A stretch of 49,530 nucleotides of DNA, from contig JAIVHP010000017.1 of assembly GCA_020201045.1 (NCBI GenBank), positions 1 through 49,530 of the forward strand. The letters are read 5' to 3'. Below, piece by piece: positions 1-10,700 of the stretch (position 1 is the stretch's first letter; every line of letters starts with the position of its first letter). Source of the stretch: Flavobacteriales bacterium. Its GTDB lineage: Bacteria > Bacteroidota > Bacteroidia > Flavobacteriales_D > Cryomorphaceae. The notes beneath the pieces were generated by a model. The model did not search any database. It was not told the DNA's origin and worked only from the letters and a program-made list of their open reading frames with translations. Both the position numbers and the translations under genes were made by a program.

Positions 1-179
1 AAGGTCATTTTTCTGAGTACCGGTCCGCCGGTTCTTCTTCCGTATTCTAAAATTTCACCGAAATCCAGTCCCCGGCTACTCGCCGTCGCAACTTCTGCTC
101 CCGATACGGCGTCGTAAAGCATTTTTCCATCTCCATCTCCGGATATCCATTTTCCCAATACGTAATTTTCAAGCTTCAT
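1..179 (-). CDS. PaaZ-like aldehyde dehydrogenase, N-terminal fragment (gene runs off the left edge)
   Basis: The reverse complement starts with ATG at 179-177 and reads MKLENYVLGKWISGDGDGKMLYDAVSGAEVATASSRGLDFGEILEYGRRTGGPVLRKMT. This pattern (G.W..G.G....DA.SGE......GLD......Y....GGP.LR.MTF) resembles the N-terminus of PaaZ-type aldehyde dehydrogenases. Only 59 codons are visible. Confidence 0.5.
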   Translation of the reverse strand, partial: MKLENYVLGKWISGDGDGKMLYDAVSGAEVATASSRGLDFGEILEYGRRTGGPVLRKMT

Positions 180-322
180 TGTAGGTGATTTTGAAAAACA
201 AAATTACGTATTTTAATAAACCTTGAGCGATTGATGTAATACACTGAAATTTGGACCACTGCGATTTGTAGAATCGGGTATCCTGAAGAGTTTTGTGTTG
301 TTATACCCTTTCGTACTCGCTT

Positions 323-1543
323 CTATTTGGCAGTTCTGAGCTTCGTGTGAATCTGAACTTCTGTCTCTGTAAGGGTTCGGTGAACAGGGCATTTTTCTGA
401 GATATCTATGAGTTTTTCTCTTTGCTCATCGTTTAAATCGCCTTCCAATTCAATGGCGCGTTCAAACTTGTCGATTTTGCTTTTTTTGGTTTCGGGTTCT
501 GATCCATCTTCTGCGTGAACTTTTTCGTGACTCAGGTGAACAGCCACCTTTTCAAGACTCCACTCTTTTCTGTCGGCGTACATTTTAAGCGTCATTGCCG
601 TGCAAGCTCCAAGGGCGGCGTTTAACAATTGGTAGGGTGATGGCCCCATATCGTTTCCACCGAAATCTTTGGGCTCATCGGCCAGAAAGTTGTGTTTTCC
701 GGTTACAATTTCAGTTGTAAATCCATCGCTTCCAAGCTGGACGGCCACATGCTTGTCGGTTTTCAATTTGTCTCTTGTTTCCATTTTGATGTATCGGCTC
801 ACCCAGGCAGCGGCGATGTTTGCCACGTAGGTAGCATCCGTTTCGTTCGAAACTAGATGGTTGGCTCCGTCGAGCGTTACGAAGCTCTTAGGGTGATAAG
901 CTGCTCCGTATAATTCTGCTGCGTTGTCAATACCTACAATGTCGTCTTGCGGGGAGTGAAGAATTAAAATAGGCTTTTTAAGGTCGGGTAAAACACTTGC
1001 GGTGCTGTGCTTTTCGATGTCTTCTAAAAACGTATTTCCAATTTCAAAAGGCCTTCCGCCGATGGAGACTTCGGCGCGGCCTTTTTCTCGAATTTGGTCG
1101 CGGCTATCGCGAAGCATATGCATTACGTGGTGAGCTTCGAAAGGAGCGCTAATCGTGCATATGGCTTTAATTGATTCTATTCTGCCGGCGGCGTGAATAG
1201 CGGCTGTACCACCCAGCGAATGACCCAATATGAGCTGTGGCGAGCGATAGTTTTCAGTCAAATAATCTGCCGCGGCTTCCAGGTCCTGAATGTTTGATGT
1301 GAAACCGGTTTCTGCGAAATCTCCCTCGCTTTGACCGAGACCGGTGAAATCGAATCGGAGAACGCCAAAACCCGACTGCGTGAGTTGGCGGGATATAAGC
1401 GTTGCTGCTTTTATATTTTTGCCGCAGGTAAAGCAATGGGCAAAAATGGCAAATTGCTCAGGCTCATAACCAATTGGCAACTCCAGTCTGGCACTGAGAT
1501 TTATTTGATCTCTATTCTTAAATTTAATTCGGAGTGTTTTCAA
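323..1543 (-). CDS. bifunctional alpha/beta hydrolase - OsmC/Ohr family protein
   Basis: 406-aa ORF. The N-terminal half has a GHSLGG nucleophile elbow and an alpha/beta-hydrolase layout. The C-terminal ~140 aa (GGNDMGPSPYQLLNAALGACTAMTL...CPVHRTL) is OsmC-like. Confidence 0.8.
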   Translation of the reverse strand: MKTLRIKFKNRDQINLSARLELPIGYEPEQFAIFAHCFTCGKNIKAATLISRQLTQSGFGVLRFDFTGLGQSEGDFAETGFTSNIQDLEAAADYLTENYRSPQLILGHSLGGTAAIHAAGRIESIKAICTISAPFEAHHVMHMLRDSRDQIREKGRAEVSIGGRPFEIGNTFLEDIEKHSTASVLPDLKKPILILHSPQDDIVGIDNAAELYGAAYHPKSFVTLDGANHLVSNETDATYVANIAAAWVSRYIKMETRDKLKTDKHVAVQLGSDGFTTEIVTGKHNFLADEPKDFGGNDMGPSPYQLLNAALGACTAMTLKMYADRKEWSLEKVAVHLSHEKVHAEDGSEPETKKSKIDKFERAIELEGDLNDEQREKLIDISEKCPVHRTLTETEVQIHTKLRTAK

Positions 1544-1798
1544 AATATTCAGTTTTTAAGATTCAATTACTTTGTCCACTAATATAAGAGAAGACTTACT
1601 ATACTTGTGACTGATAAATGTAGTTCTCGCGACAAATGAATCATCTTCGAAATACTGGGCTTATGGGTTTACATTCAGAGCCATCAGCCACAGTTAAGGG
1701 GTAAACTGGCACTCGATGGACTGAAATCGGAAGTAGAAGTTTTCTACGACGATTATGGAGTTCCCCATATTTACGCATCCAATCAGTCTGATGCATAT

Positions 1799-4000
1799 AT
1801 GGCTTTTGGATATGTTCACGCGCAAGATCGTTTATTCCAGATTGACTTAATGCGAAGGGTGGGCCACGGAAAGCTATCAGAGTTATTCGGGCCTGAACTT
1901 TCTGAAGCCGATGCATTCTACCGCACGATCGGCACCAATAGAAAGGCTATGGAAGATGCGCGCAGATTTGATTCGCTTCCGCCCCGCGCTAAAGAAATTT
2001 GCGAATCTTATATAAAAGGTGTGAATGCATACATCGAAATCGGGAAGATACCGCTGGAGTATAAAATTCTCGGTGTATCTCCAGAAGCTTACACCGTGGA
2101 AGATATCTACGCGATTGCCGGGTATATGGCTTACAGTTTTGCCTATGCACTGCGCACCGATCCGCTGGCAGAAAAAATGAAGAATAAACTCGGAGTAGAT
2201 TACCTCAAAGATTTTGATCTTCACCACGGCCTGGATTCTAATCGCGTAGATTCTACCGATACTACGGATACTTCTAATTCAGATGGTATTTCCATGCTTT
2301 CGGGACCAAATATTCTTGACCAATTGCCCGTGCCGCTTTTTCAGGGAAGTAATTCATGGGCTCTTGGACCATCGCGTACGCTGAGCAGTGAGGTGATTTT
2401 CGCAAACGATACACATATTAAATACGCTTCTCCTTCGGTGTGGTTCGAAGCGCATATTGAATACCCCGGTTTTGGGTTTTACGGAAATTATTTGGCCGGT
2501 ATTCCCGTTGCAATGATTGGCCACAGCCGAAATCACGCTTTTGGAATCACCATGTTCGAAGAAGATGATTCAGACTTTTTTTACGAGAAATTTTCATCTT
2601 CTGATAGCGCGGCTACGGTTTATAAAGATAGCCTGACATCGCCAGTAAGGAAACACAGAGAAACCATTATCCGAAAAGATGCCAGCGATACGTCATTTAC
2701 CGTATATGAAACCTCGCACGGCCCAATAATTAACGACTTCCTTCCGGTAGATTTTGAAGAACCGGTCAGTATGTACTGGAATTACATCGCCATTGAAAAC
2801 AACTTGTTAGAAGCTTTCTACAGGCTCAATTATGCTTCTAAGAAAAATGATTTTGAAGAAGGGGTAAAGCTTGTGGGAGCTCCGGGTCTAAATATTTCAT
2901 ACGGCGATGCCAGCGGTAATATCGCCTTCTGGTCTGCATCGAAGATGCTGAAGCGAAAAGTAAAACACGGTGGGAAGCTCTTTCGGAACGGCCACAGCGG
3001 AGAAGATGAATACAGCGGCTTTCACAGTTTCGATAAAAATCCCAAAATTGTTAATCCCGTAAACGGAATGGTCATTTCTGCCAACCAAAAACACGATACC
3101 ATAGAAGGTATTTCGTACCCCGGGTATTACGCTCCAAACACCAGGTACGATCGAATTTCAGAGCGGTTGCCCAAAATTTTTCCAGCGAGCATTGACAGCA
3201 TCAAGACACTTTCGCTCGATGTGGAGTCTCGAACCGAAGGAAAAATTTGTCGGGAAATCGTGCAGGTGGTGCTGAATTCTTCTGCTGTGCTTTCCAATAT
3301 TGAAGAAGAAGCGCTAGATGAGTTGCGCGATTGGGACGGAGAACACAACCTGAGAGATGTAGCCCCGACCATTTATTACCAAATGCTCTACACCATTTTG
3401 GATAAAACCTTGAGCGATGATCTTTCTAAATCCTTTTTCGATGAGCTTCTCAATACCCATTTGATAAAAAAGGCTTATCCAAAGCTCTTGCTAAATCCAG
3501 ATTCTCCGTGGTGGGAAAACAAATCTACCGATCAGCGAAAAGAAACCCGCGAAACTATATTTGTGGAGAGTTTTAAAAAGGCGGTGCTAGACCTGAAAGA
3601 GATGAAAGGCGAAGATGTTTTAGAGTGGAAGTGGGAAACGGTGCACACGGTTACGCATCCACATCCACTGGGAAATGTCGATGTGCTCAAGCCTTTCTTT
3701 AACGTAGGTCCGTTGCCGGCTCCCGGTGGAAATGAAACCGTAAACAACTCGGGTTTCACGTTTAATAATATGGCGAAGAACGAAGCATACTTTGGTCCTG
3801 CAATGCGTATTATTATCGATTTTGCCGATGTAGAAAACGCGATATCCATTCTGCCAACCGGAAACAGCGGCAATATTATGAGCGAGCACTACAAAGATCA
3901 ATCTGAGATGTATGTGAGAGGCGAATTCCGCAAAATGATGATGAACGAAGACGAAATTCGAAAGAGTGGAAACCTGCTCGAGATCTCACCCAAAAAGTGA
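1799..4000 (+). CDS. penicillin/AHL acylase family protein (Ntn hydrolase, peptidase S45). Conserved N-terminal sequence continues upstream to 1640 without a canonical start
   Basis: GYVHAQDRLFQIDLMRR motif. QGSNSWALGPSR matches the beta-subunit N-terminal Ser nucleophile context. The 733-aa ORF runs from an internal ATG. The same frame is open back to 1640 and encodes family-typical LALDGLKSEVEVFYDDYGVPHIYA. Confidence 0.8.
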   Translation: MAFGYVHAQDRLFQIDLMRRVGHGKLSELFGPELSEADAFYRTIGTNRKAMEDARRFDSLPPRAKEICESYIKGVNAYIEIGKIPLEYKILGVSPEAYTVEDIYAIAGYMAYSFAYALRTDPLAEKMKNKLGVDYLKDFDLHHGLDSNRVDSTDTTDTSNSDGISMLSGPNILDQLPVPLFQGSNSWALGPSRTLSSEVIFANDTHIKYASPSVWFEAHIEYPGFGFYGNYLAGIPVAMIGHSRNHAFGITMFEEDDSDFFYEKFSSSDSAATVYKDSLTSPVRKHRETIIRKDASDTSFTVYETSHGPIINDFLPVDFEEPVSMYWNYIAIENNLLEAFYRLNYASKKNDFEEGVKLVGAPGLNISYGDASGNIAFWSASKMLKRKVKHGGKLFRNGHSGEDEYSGFHSFDKNPKIVNPVNGMVISANQKHDTIEGISYPGYYAPNTRYDRISERLPKIFPASIDSIKTLSLDVESRTEGKICREIVQVVLNSSAVLSNIEEEALDELRDWDGEHNLRDVAPTIYYQMLYTILDKTLSDDLSKSFFDELLNTHLIKKAYPKLLLNPDSPWWENKSTDQRKETRETIFVESFKKAVLDLKEMKGEDVLEWKWETVHTVTHPHPLGNVDVLKPFFNVGPLPAPGGNETVNNSGFTFNNMAKNEAYFGPAMRIIIDFADVENAISILPTGNSGNIMSEHYKDQSEMYVRGEFRKMMMNEDEIRKSGNLLEISPKK

Positions 4001-4045
4001 AACTTTTGATTGGTTTAGCAGGTAAAAGGGGTAAACTCCTTAAGC

Positions 4046-6542
4046 TTGAAGAAATTACCAATCTTGTTGTTTCTTTTTCTGTCTGTGCAAGCATTTGCGC
4101 AACTTACAGTAGATAACTCACTTACAGCAGCCGAACTCATCAACGACATTCTGCTCGGAGAAGGAGTAGAAGCAGAAAATATTACCATTAACGGTCAGGC
4201 TGCCAATGCGGTGAATATCCAATTTGGTAGTTTTAATGCAGAGAATTCGAATATTGGCATCGATAGGGGCGTAATTCTGGCTACGGGCGGAATTACCGTT
4301 GCCCAAAGTCCCAACGATATGCCCTCGGCGTATGTGTTCCTACAACGATGTTTTCGGCTTCTTCATTTCTGGTCCGGGAATTTCCGGTAACCCCAACTAC
4401 CAAAACAACGCCCGGAATGTAGCAACGGTGCCCGGAACAAATACTCCCGTCGCTATTAATACAGTAAATCAAGGATTCGCCGGAGCGTACGGCTCCAACG
4501 CCGTTTGCAATGCTGTGAGTACCAATTGGCAAGCTAATAGCTCGTATTTCGTAGATAACGAATCAAATATGTCTCAATCGGCTACCCAATTCGATGGGTT
4601 TACCGTTCCCTTTCAAGTAGAAGTTCCGGTGATTTGCGGTGAGACTTACCACATCAAACTTTCCATTGCCGATGCAATAGACGATAAGAACGATTCAGCA
4701 GTATTTTTTGAAGCGGGAAGTTTTTCAAGCGAAGCCCCGCTTATGGCCGAAGTGGAGACCTTAAACTCAGATGTGGAAGGAAACGCTGTGGAAGGCTGTA
4801 GTTCGCTTAGAATAGTGCTGAACAGGCCTGACAGCGCGCTGAGTAAAACCATATATTTCGAAACAGAAGGGTTGGAAAACCGGGAGGCAATCATACCCGA
4901 ATTGCCCGATTCTATCGTTTTTGCAGCGCAGGATGGGCATCGCGTTCTTAATTTCGATATTGAAAGTGATTTTACGTATCAGGGACTGCGGAATTTCAGC
5001 CTGAATATCTTGCAGCCCGCTGTTTGTTCGATGGATACCGCCGTAATTAGTCTCCCTATTGATATTATTGATTTTGAAGAAATGGTTCTGGAATACCCGG
5101 ATACCATTGCCCTGGACTGCATAGATCCTGCTATGATTGATATCGGAGTTTCTGGCGGACGCACACCCTACCAAATAACGTGGACAGACCCAGAAATAGA
5201 TGGATTTTCTCCTGAAATAGCTATCGAAGATTCAACGACTATAGTGGGAACCGTAAAAGATCAATGCAATATTCACGAAGAAACCGTAGAAGTATTTATC
5301 TACCGCGAGTCTTATGACGATCTAAGTGTTTCCGCCCCACCGGCTATAGCTTTCAATTGCTACGAAGAAGTTTTTATCGAGCCCATCGTCTCCGGTGGAT
5401 TTGGAGATTACGCTTACCAGTGGATTCAGGCAGGTTCGGTAATCAGCGAAGCTTCGGCATTAAATCAAATTCTAGAATTGGATGGGAATATTGAGCTGGT
5501 TGTCTCTGACCGTTGTGCATCCGATGTGCAAAGAACAATTGAAACCAATCAGTTGGTAAATCCGATTACCGTAAACCTGGGCACGGATACAACCGGAGTC
5601 TGCACAGATCTTCTTACCGTTGTACCTGAAGTTTCAGGTGGTTTTGGGGAGTTGCAGTTTCAATGGAAGTTAAACGATAACGCGGTAAGTTCAAGCGCAT
5701 CCTACAGCTTTTACCCACAACAAACATCAGCGGTTAAACTGAAAGTGACCGACGTGTGCGGGCAAGAAGCCGAAGACGATTTAATGGTAATGGTAGAGCA
5801 TATTCCAATGGTAACTTCTCTTCCGGAAGACACAGCTATATGCCCCAGAGAACGGCTTATTCTCGACCCGGAAGCTACAGGTGGTATGGGCGAGTTGCGC
5901 TATTTTTGGAATGAAACGGAAATTCCTTCAGGCGTGTACTCCACGATGCCAGCTTTTGATACTTCGCATTTTTTGAGAATTAAAGATGAGTGCGGAAAAG
6001 AAATCGCAAGGCAAATTAACATCGATGTCAGGGAAGTAATCGCAAATTTTGAATTTAAATACGATTCAACCCCAATAAAAATAGAGAATTCTTCTTCGCC
6101 AAATTGCCTTTATGAATGGAGCTTCCCCGATGGCAGTGGCTCGTCGAAATTTGAGCCGGTTATAGCTCAAGAGTCCTTGCAGGATGGCCAAACAACGCTT
6201 TTTGTAATAAACGATATTGGTTGCATTGCCGAAGCCAGAAATCCTTTTGAACCGCCATTTAAACTGTTTCTCCCAAACGCTTTCACGCCAGATGGCGATG
6301 GGGTAAACGACATCTTCAAGGCGGAGGGTATTTTCGTCAAAACTTTTGAGCTCCGTGTTTTCGACCGCTGGGGCAACCTGGTTTTTCAATCAAATAGCCT
6401 TGACGAAGGCTGGGATGGCTCCGAACCCCGCATTGGAAGTTCCTATGCGGTAGATAATGAGACGTACACTTATACTTACCGAGCCGAATCTATTACCGGA
6501 AAACAAACCAGTGGTAGCGGAAGGGTCGTGGTGATTCGCTAG
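4046..6542 (+). pseudogene. choice-of-anchor-L-like adhesin with T9SS type B sorting domain, disrupted by a frameshift and apparent internal deletion near 4315-4340
   Basis: Two overlapping ORFs (4046..4390 and 4299..6542). The first has a signal peptide MKKLPILLFLFLSVQAFAQ plus LTVDNSLTAAELINDILLGEGV. The second resumes at CSYNDVFGFFISGPGISG, has four SGG.G..Y..W repeats, and ends with LPNAFTPDGDGVNDIF...RVFDRWGNLVFQS (type B CTD). Confidence 0.6.
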
Positions 6543-7669
6543 GAAGTGGCAAGTTCGGCTACGTCATAACCCAATTGACTCCCGAGAGCAACACCCATTC
6601 CACCCAGTCTAACCGCACAAATGATGTTTTTATCGGTGCGTTCCAGAATGACAGACTTCGTTTTTCCCATTCCCATTATCCCACTCCATCGGTGATCTAT
6701 TGTGAATGTTTTTCCCTTTAAAATATACTCGCGAAGCAGATTTTCCAGATAAGATTGAATCTCTTTAGTGGTATCCATCTCGGTGGTGTTTTCAGACTCC
6801 TTGCCGGTGTGTCTTCCACCGCCGAGCAAAACGCGGTTGTCTATATTTCGAAAATAATTGTAGCCCTTATCGTGATGAAAGGCTCCGTTCAACTTTAAAT
6901 CGGCAATTGGCGAAGTGATCAATACCTGAGCGCGGCAAGGTGATACGTCTAATTCGGGCAAGAGCTGCCGCGCCAATCCATTGGTGGCAACTACACAAGT
7001 GCCCGTGCGAACTTCCCCGGCTGATGTTTCGAGTAGAGCACCCCCAGAAGATTGACTGACACTATTAACCTGAACGCCATTGAAAATATTAACACCGGAT
7101 TCCCGCGCCAGGAGATTCAGATTTTTCATCATTAATCCAGTATCTAGAATCCCTTCTTCGCGGTTAACAATCATATGCTTAATTCCGCTGAGTCCAAATT
7201 TTGCCACATCAGCGGAATCATCCCAAAAGGCCTGTTTTCCAATCACATTTACCAACTCCGCATTTATATAGCTCAAACTTCCGAGGCAATGGCTGTAAAG
7301 TTCACTTTTGGCCTCTTCAAATATTTCGTAGCCTCCGGTTAGCGTTAAGCCCAATTTATCATCGGGCAACAACTCCCTTAGCTTTCCAAGTCCGTTATAC
7401 CTTAATTGGATCAGATTAAACACATCGGCTTCACGCATATGCTCCAAATCGTCCAGAATTTCAGAAACACTTCCAAAGCAGGCAAATCCGGCATTTTTAG
7501 TACTCGCTCCGCTTGGTAAAACCCCTCTCTCGAGCACAGTAACCTTTGCATTCGGATTTGCGCGTTTGATGTAAATGGCAGAAGTAAGCCCGGTTATTCC
7601 ACCACCAATCACCGTGAAATCCCAATAATGCCAAAAATGCTTTCGTTCCCAGTAACTAAAGTTATCCAT
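6539..7669 (-). CDS. FAD-dependent oxidoreductase (DAO-like)
   Basis: FTVIGGGITGLTSA dinucleotide-binding motif near the N-terminus. I chose the start at M28 of the ORF (ATG at 7669) to avoid overlapping the divergent gene at 7736. Confidence 0.75.
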   Translation of the reverse strand: MDNFSYWERKHFWHYWDFTVIGGGITGLTSAIYIKRANPNAKVTVLERGVLPSGASTKNAGFACFGSVSEILDDLEHMREADVFNLIQLRYNGLGKLRELLPDDKLGLTLTGGYEIFEEAKSELYSHCLGSLSYINAELVNVIGKQAFWDDSADVAKFGLSGIKHMIVNREEGILDTGLMMKNLNLLARESGVNIFNGVQVNSVSQSSGGALLETSAGEVRTGTCVVATNGLARQLLPELDVSPCRAQVLITSPIADLKLNGAFHHDKGYNYFRNIDNRVLLGGGRHTGKESENTTEMDTTKEIQSYLENLLREYILKGKTFTIDHRWSGIMGMGKTKSVILERTDKNIICAVRLGGMGVALGSQLGYDVAELATS

Positions 7670-7735
7670 AACGCGTTGAATAATGTGTTGATTAAAGGTC
7701 GAAAGAAAGAGAAATTTCTTCGATATTTGTAAACG

Positions 7736-10700
7736 ATGAGTCACTTGCAAGGACGATTTTCTAAAACGTGTGGTTTTCTTATCACGTCGCTACTGACGTT
7801 GTGTTTACTATGTCTGCTTAGCACAGCTGTATTTGCGCAAGACGACTTGAATATCCACGGCGTAGTTTCAGACGCCATGTCTTCTTCGAAGCTCAGCGGT
7901 GTAACTGTTACCGTGTTTAAAGATGGAAATCAACACGATTCTTACACTACGCGAGGCAACGGTAAATACGAGTTTTATCTCGACTGCGGAGCGCATTACG
8001 AATTTAAATTCAATAAAAGTGGCTTCGTTGAACGATCTATTGTGATTGATTCGCGAAATATTCCCGAAGAGGTAATAGGGGCAGGAATTATCATGCCAAC
8101 AGATATGAGCATGTACGAAATTACCGAAGCCATGGAGAGTGCAGATATGTCTGTTTTTGAACAGCCCATTGGTAAAGCGCAGTACGACGACAGCGAGGAA
8201 GATTTGATATGGGATTTTAATTACACCGATGAGGTGAAAAGTGAAATATTTAGCTTTATTCGCGATGTAGAGAAAAAGCAGAAAGAACTCGACAAGGAGC
8301 AATCGGCTGCAGAAAAGGAAGCAGAAAAACGCGAAAAGAAATTCCAGACTTTCGTTGAGAACGGCGATAAAGATTTGGGTAAAGACAATTATGAGAGTGC
8401 TGTAAATAACTACCGGTCAGCCCTTGAAATAAAACCAGACGACCAAAGTGTAAAGGCCAAGCTCGGCGATGCGGAAACCAAATTAAATCAACAAAAGGCA
8501 GCCGAAGAACTGGAAAACAATTTCTCAGCAGCCCTCGATGCAGGCGATGGTTTCATGCGAACCGAAGAGTACGAAAATGCCATTGCCAAGTACGAAGAAG
8601 CGCTGGAACTAAAGCCAGATGAGAATTATCCCAAAGATCAAATCAAAGAGGCCAATGGCATTCTGGAAGAGCAGGCTGCCAATCGCGCCAAACAAGAAGA
8701 GTTTAATACGCTCATAACCGAAGGCGAGGCGTTTGCCGCAGAAGAAGAATATGAAAATGCGATTGCGAAATTTGAAGAAGCGCTGGCGGTAATTCCCGGA
8801 AATGAAGAAGCGGAAAGAAAACTGGGTGAAGCGCGCGAAGCGCTGAATAGATTAAACGAGATTGCCGCATTGCAGGAAGAATACGACGGTTTAATAGCAG
8901 AAGGCGATGAACTTTTTGGGAGCGCCGAATACCAGGCATCGATTGAAAAATATACGGCGGCCAAAAACCTGATCGAAGAAAAGCCCTATCCACAAGAGCA
9001 AATTGAGAAAGCCGAGAAAAAGCTAGCCGAAATAGCTGAACGCAAAGAAAAGCAAGCTGAGTTTGATGAGCTGGTTACGGCCGGAGACGAAGCGATGTCG
9101 GGAGCCAATTATCCAGATGCCATATCAAACTACTCCGCGGCACTCGAAATTTTTTCGGATAAAGCCGAAGTAAAAAGCAAACTCGACGAAGCGAAATCAC
9201 TTCAGGCAGAATTGGCGGCAAAAGAAGAGAAGAAAGCGAATTACGACGCACTTATAGCCGAAGCTGATGAATTGTTTGAAAGTGAAGAGCTAAAAGAAGC
9301 CAAAGCCAAGTACCAGGAAGCGAAGTCGGTTTTTCCAGAAGAAACGTATCCGCTCGATCAAATTGGCAAGATAGACAAACAATTAGCGGCACTGGCCAAA
9401 GAAAAAGAAGCACAAGAAGCATACGCATCTGCTATGGAAACGGGCCGCTCGGCAGTAGAAGATGAGAAGTATGCACAAGCCATCTCAAGTTTTGAAGAAG
9501 CGCTGGGAGTAATGCCCGACGACTCCGACGCGCAGTCGGCTCTCGAAGAAGCGAAAGAACTGCAGGAAGCATTTCTCGCCAATCAGGAGGTGGAAGAGCA
9601 ATACCAAAGCCTGTTGGCTTCTGCCGATGAAAGTATGGCCAACGAAAAGTTTGACGCTGCAAGAGCCGATTACCAGGCGGCCTTAGATTTAAAATCGGAA
9701 GAAGCGTATCCTAAAAATCAACTCGAACTGATTGAAACGACTCTTGCAGAAAGAGAGCGCGAAGCTGCTGAACAGAAGAGACTCGCAGAATTGGAAGCGG
9801 AATACGCGGCTTTTATGGAGGCGGGAGAATCGGCAATGAGTGAAGAAGACTTCGATAAGGCGATCACAAATTTTCAGGATGCACTTTCCGTGAAGGAAAA
9901 CGATGCCGAAGCAGAGCAAAAACTCGCTTTGGCACAAGAGAAGCTAGCTGAGCTTGAGGCGCTACTGGATGCAAATCAGAAATACGATAAAGCCATTGCT
10001 GACGGGGATGCCAAATTTGCCGATGAGCTTTTCGACGAAGCTATAGCTGCTTTTGAAAAAGCGCTTGAAGCGAAACCGGAAGAGACTTATCCCAGGGAGC
10101 AAATTGAACTCATTGAAGAGACGATTACAAATCGTGAAGCAGCTGCTGCCGAAGCTGAAGCAGAAGCCGATAGAGAAAGGGTAGCGGCTTTATTGTCTGA
10201 AGGGGATAAGCTGGTCGACGAGAAAGAATACGCTTCGGGAGTTGATAAGTACGAAGAAGCCCTTGCTATTTTGCCCGAAAGAGAAGACATTAAGGAGAAG
10301 ATTGACGAAGCAACCGAGATGCTCTTAGCGAGCCAGGAAAAAGAAGCACTGGAAGAAGCTTATGCCGAAGCCATCGCCGAAGCCGACAGGCAGTTTGAGA
10401 AGGAAGTGTGGAACAGAGCGAAATCTGGATACGAAGAGGCACTCGCTATTAAAAAGGACGAAACCTATGCTGCCGATCAAATTCAGATAATAGAGGAGAA
10501 GATCGCAGCTCAGCAGGAAGCAGACGAAAAGCAGCGCCAACTTGAGATTCAGGCAGGGTTCGACGAATTTATTGAAGAAGGAGATAAGGAGTTTAATAGA
10601 AATAATTTTGAAGATGCGCTCAATGCTTACGAGAGTGCGTTGGAACTTATCCCGACTAGCGATTTAGCGCTTGAAAAAATAGAAGCGGTAAACAAGCAGT

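Noticed and set aside
1254-1916. Small ORFs 1254..1436, 1331..1582 and 1641..1916
   Set aside because: They overlap the hydrolase/OsmC gene or the conserved upstream extension of the acylase in other frames. They have no motifs.
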